Shown in pieces: positions 63,223 through 64,000 of a stretch of 64,000 nucleotides of DNA. Every line of letters starts with the position of its first letter. Position 1 is the first letter of the stretch. The notes under the pieces were generated by a model. It was not told the origin of the DNA. It did not search any database and saw nothing but the letters and a program-made list of their open reading frames with translations. The stretch is from Nitrospirota bacterium (GTDB lineage Bacteria > Nitrospirota > UBA9217): the NCBI GenBank assembly GCA_963663225.1, contig OY760142.1, positions 2,080,001-2,144,000 on the forward strand, written 5' to 3'. The position numbers and the translations under genes were made by a program.

Positions 63223-64000
63223 ATGTTCCAGACCGCTGAACCAAAAGATATACTTGACGGCAGAATAACGGATGTTTACTTCGAGCGAACGCTTGCCGTT
63301 CTGAAGGCAAAAAAAATAAATCCCGTGGTGAAGGCGGAATTTATCGCCAAAAGTCTGCCGAACAATTGGCCGTGGGCATTGTTTACCGGAGTTGATGAAG
63401 CCATGAATCTGATGAAGCACCTCCGGATAAAAGTCAGGGCCATGCAGGAAGGGACGGTTTTTTATCCTTACGAACCGGTCCTGGAGATTGAAGGACGCTA
63501 TCAGGATTTCTGCGTGTATGAAACCGCGCTTCTCGGTTTTTTCTGCCAGGCATCGGGCGTAGCGACGCAAGCCGCCAGAATGAGAAAGCTCGCCCAGGAT
63601 CGTCTTGTCATGAGCTTCGGTGCGCGCAGAATGCACCCGATTCTGGCACCCATGATAGAACGAAACGCATTCGTGGGCGGATGCGACGGCGTGTCTGTGG
63701 TAAAGTCAGGCGAGGCCATCGGCGAAAATCCCATGGGGACCATGCCGCACGCGCTCATCTTATGCATGGGTTCCACCGTGGAGGCAATCAAAGCCTATGA
63801 CGAGGTTCTTGATCCAAAACTCAAGCGCGTTGCGCTTATCGATACTTTCCAGGACGAAAAATTCGAAGTGCTGAATGTGGCCAGGGCGCTCGGTGACAAA
63901 TTGTACGCCGTTCGGTTCGACACACCCGCGTCGAGACGGGGGAATTTTTACCGGATACTTGAAGAAGCGAGATGGGAACTTGACCTGCATGGATTTGGCC
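63223..64000 (+). CDS. pncB: Nicotinate phosphoribosyltransferase (3' truncated by window edge; missing from the ORF track)
   Basis: RBS AGGAGG; manual translation gives MFQTAEPKDILDGRITDVYFERT...SFGARRMHP...GTMPHAL...VRFDTP. Confidence 0.9.
   Translation, partial: MFQTAEPKDILDGRITDVYFERTLAVLKAKKINPVVKAEFIAKSLPNNWPWALFTGVDEAMNLMKHLRIKVRAMQEGTVFYPYEPVLEIEGRYQDFCVYETALLGFFCQASGVATQAARMRKLAQDRLVMSFGARRMHPILAPMIERNAFVGGCDGVSVVKSGEAIGENPMGTMPHALILCMGSTVEAIKAYDEVLDPKLKRVALIDTFQDEKFEVLNVARALGDKLYAVRFDTPASRRGNFYRILEEARWELDLHGFG

Overview
Mostly housekeeping chromosomal DNA (about 50% GC) from a Gram-negative, probably anaerobic or microaerophilic bacterium. A Nitrospirota/Desulfobacterota-like origin is inferred from gene content and is not proven. 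Core genes include pilQ (partial), der, leuS-lptE-holA, rpsT, murJ, guaB, purMN, rhlB-like helicase, ftsB, msrAB, glcDEF, pyrF-pyrE-hpt, panE, a sigma-70 paralog and pncA-pncB (partial). No rRNA, tRNA or CRISPR array was recognised. The most striking unexplained locus is 30104-31625. It holds a wHTH-MNT/HEPN pair in which both partners have lost their catalytic residues, preceded by an operator-like palindrome. Two unannotated 18-aa Lys/Ala micropeptide genes follow, with identical strong RBSs, hairpins and a terminator. Other points of interest are an FGE-fold + decaheme MtrA + MtrB operon without MtrC, an adenylate cyclase-PilZ fusion, an AT-rich islet with REP-like elements and a homopolymer frameshift, a 129-bp IS481-derived miniature element, and an APH-kinase/APS-kinase-like pair.
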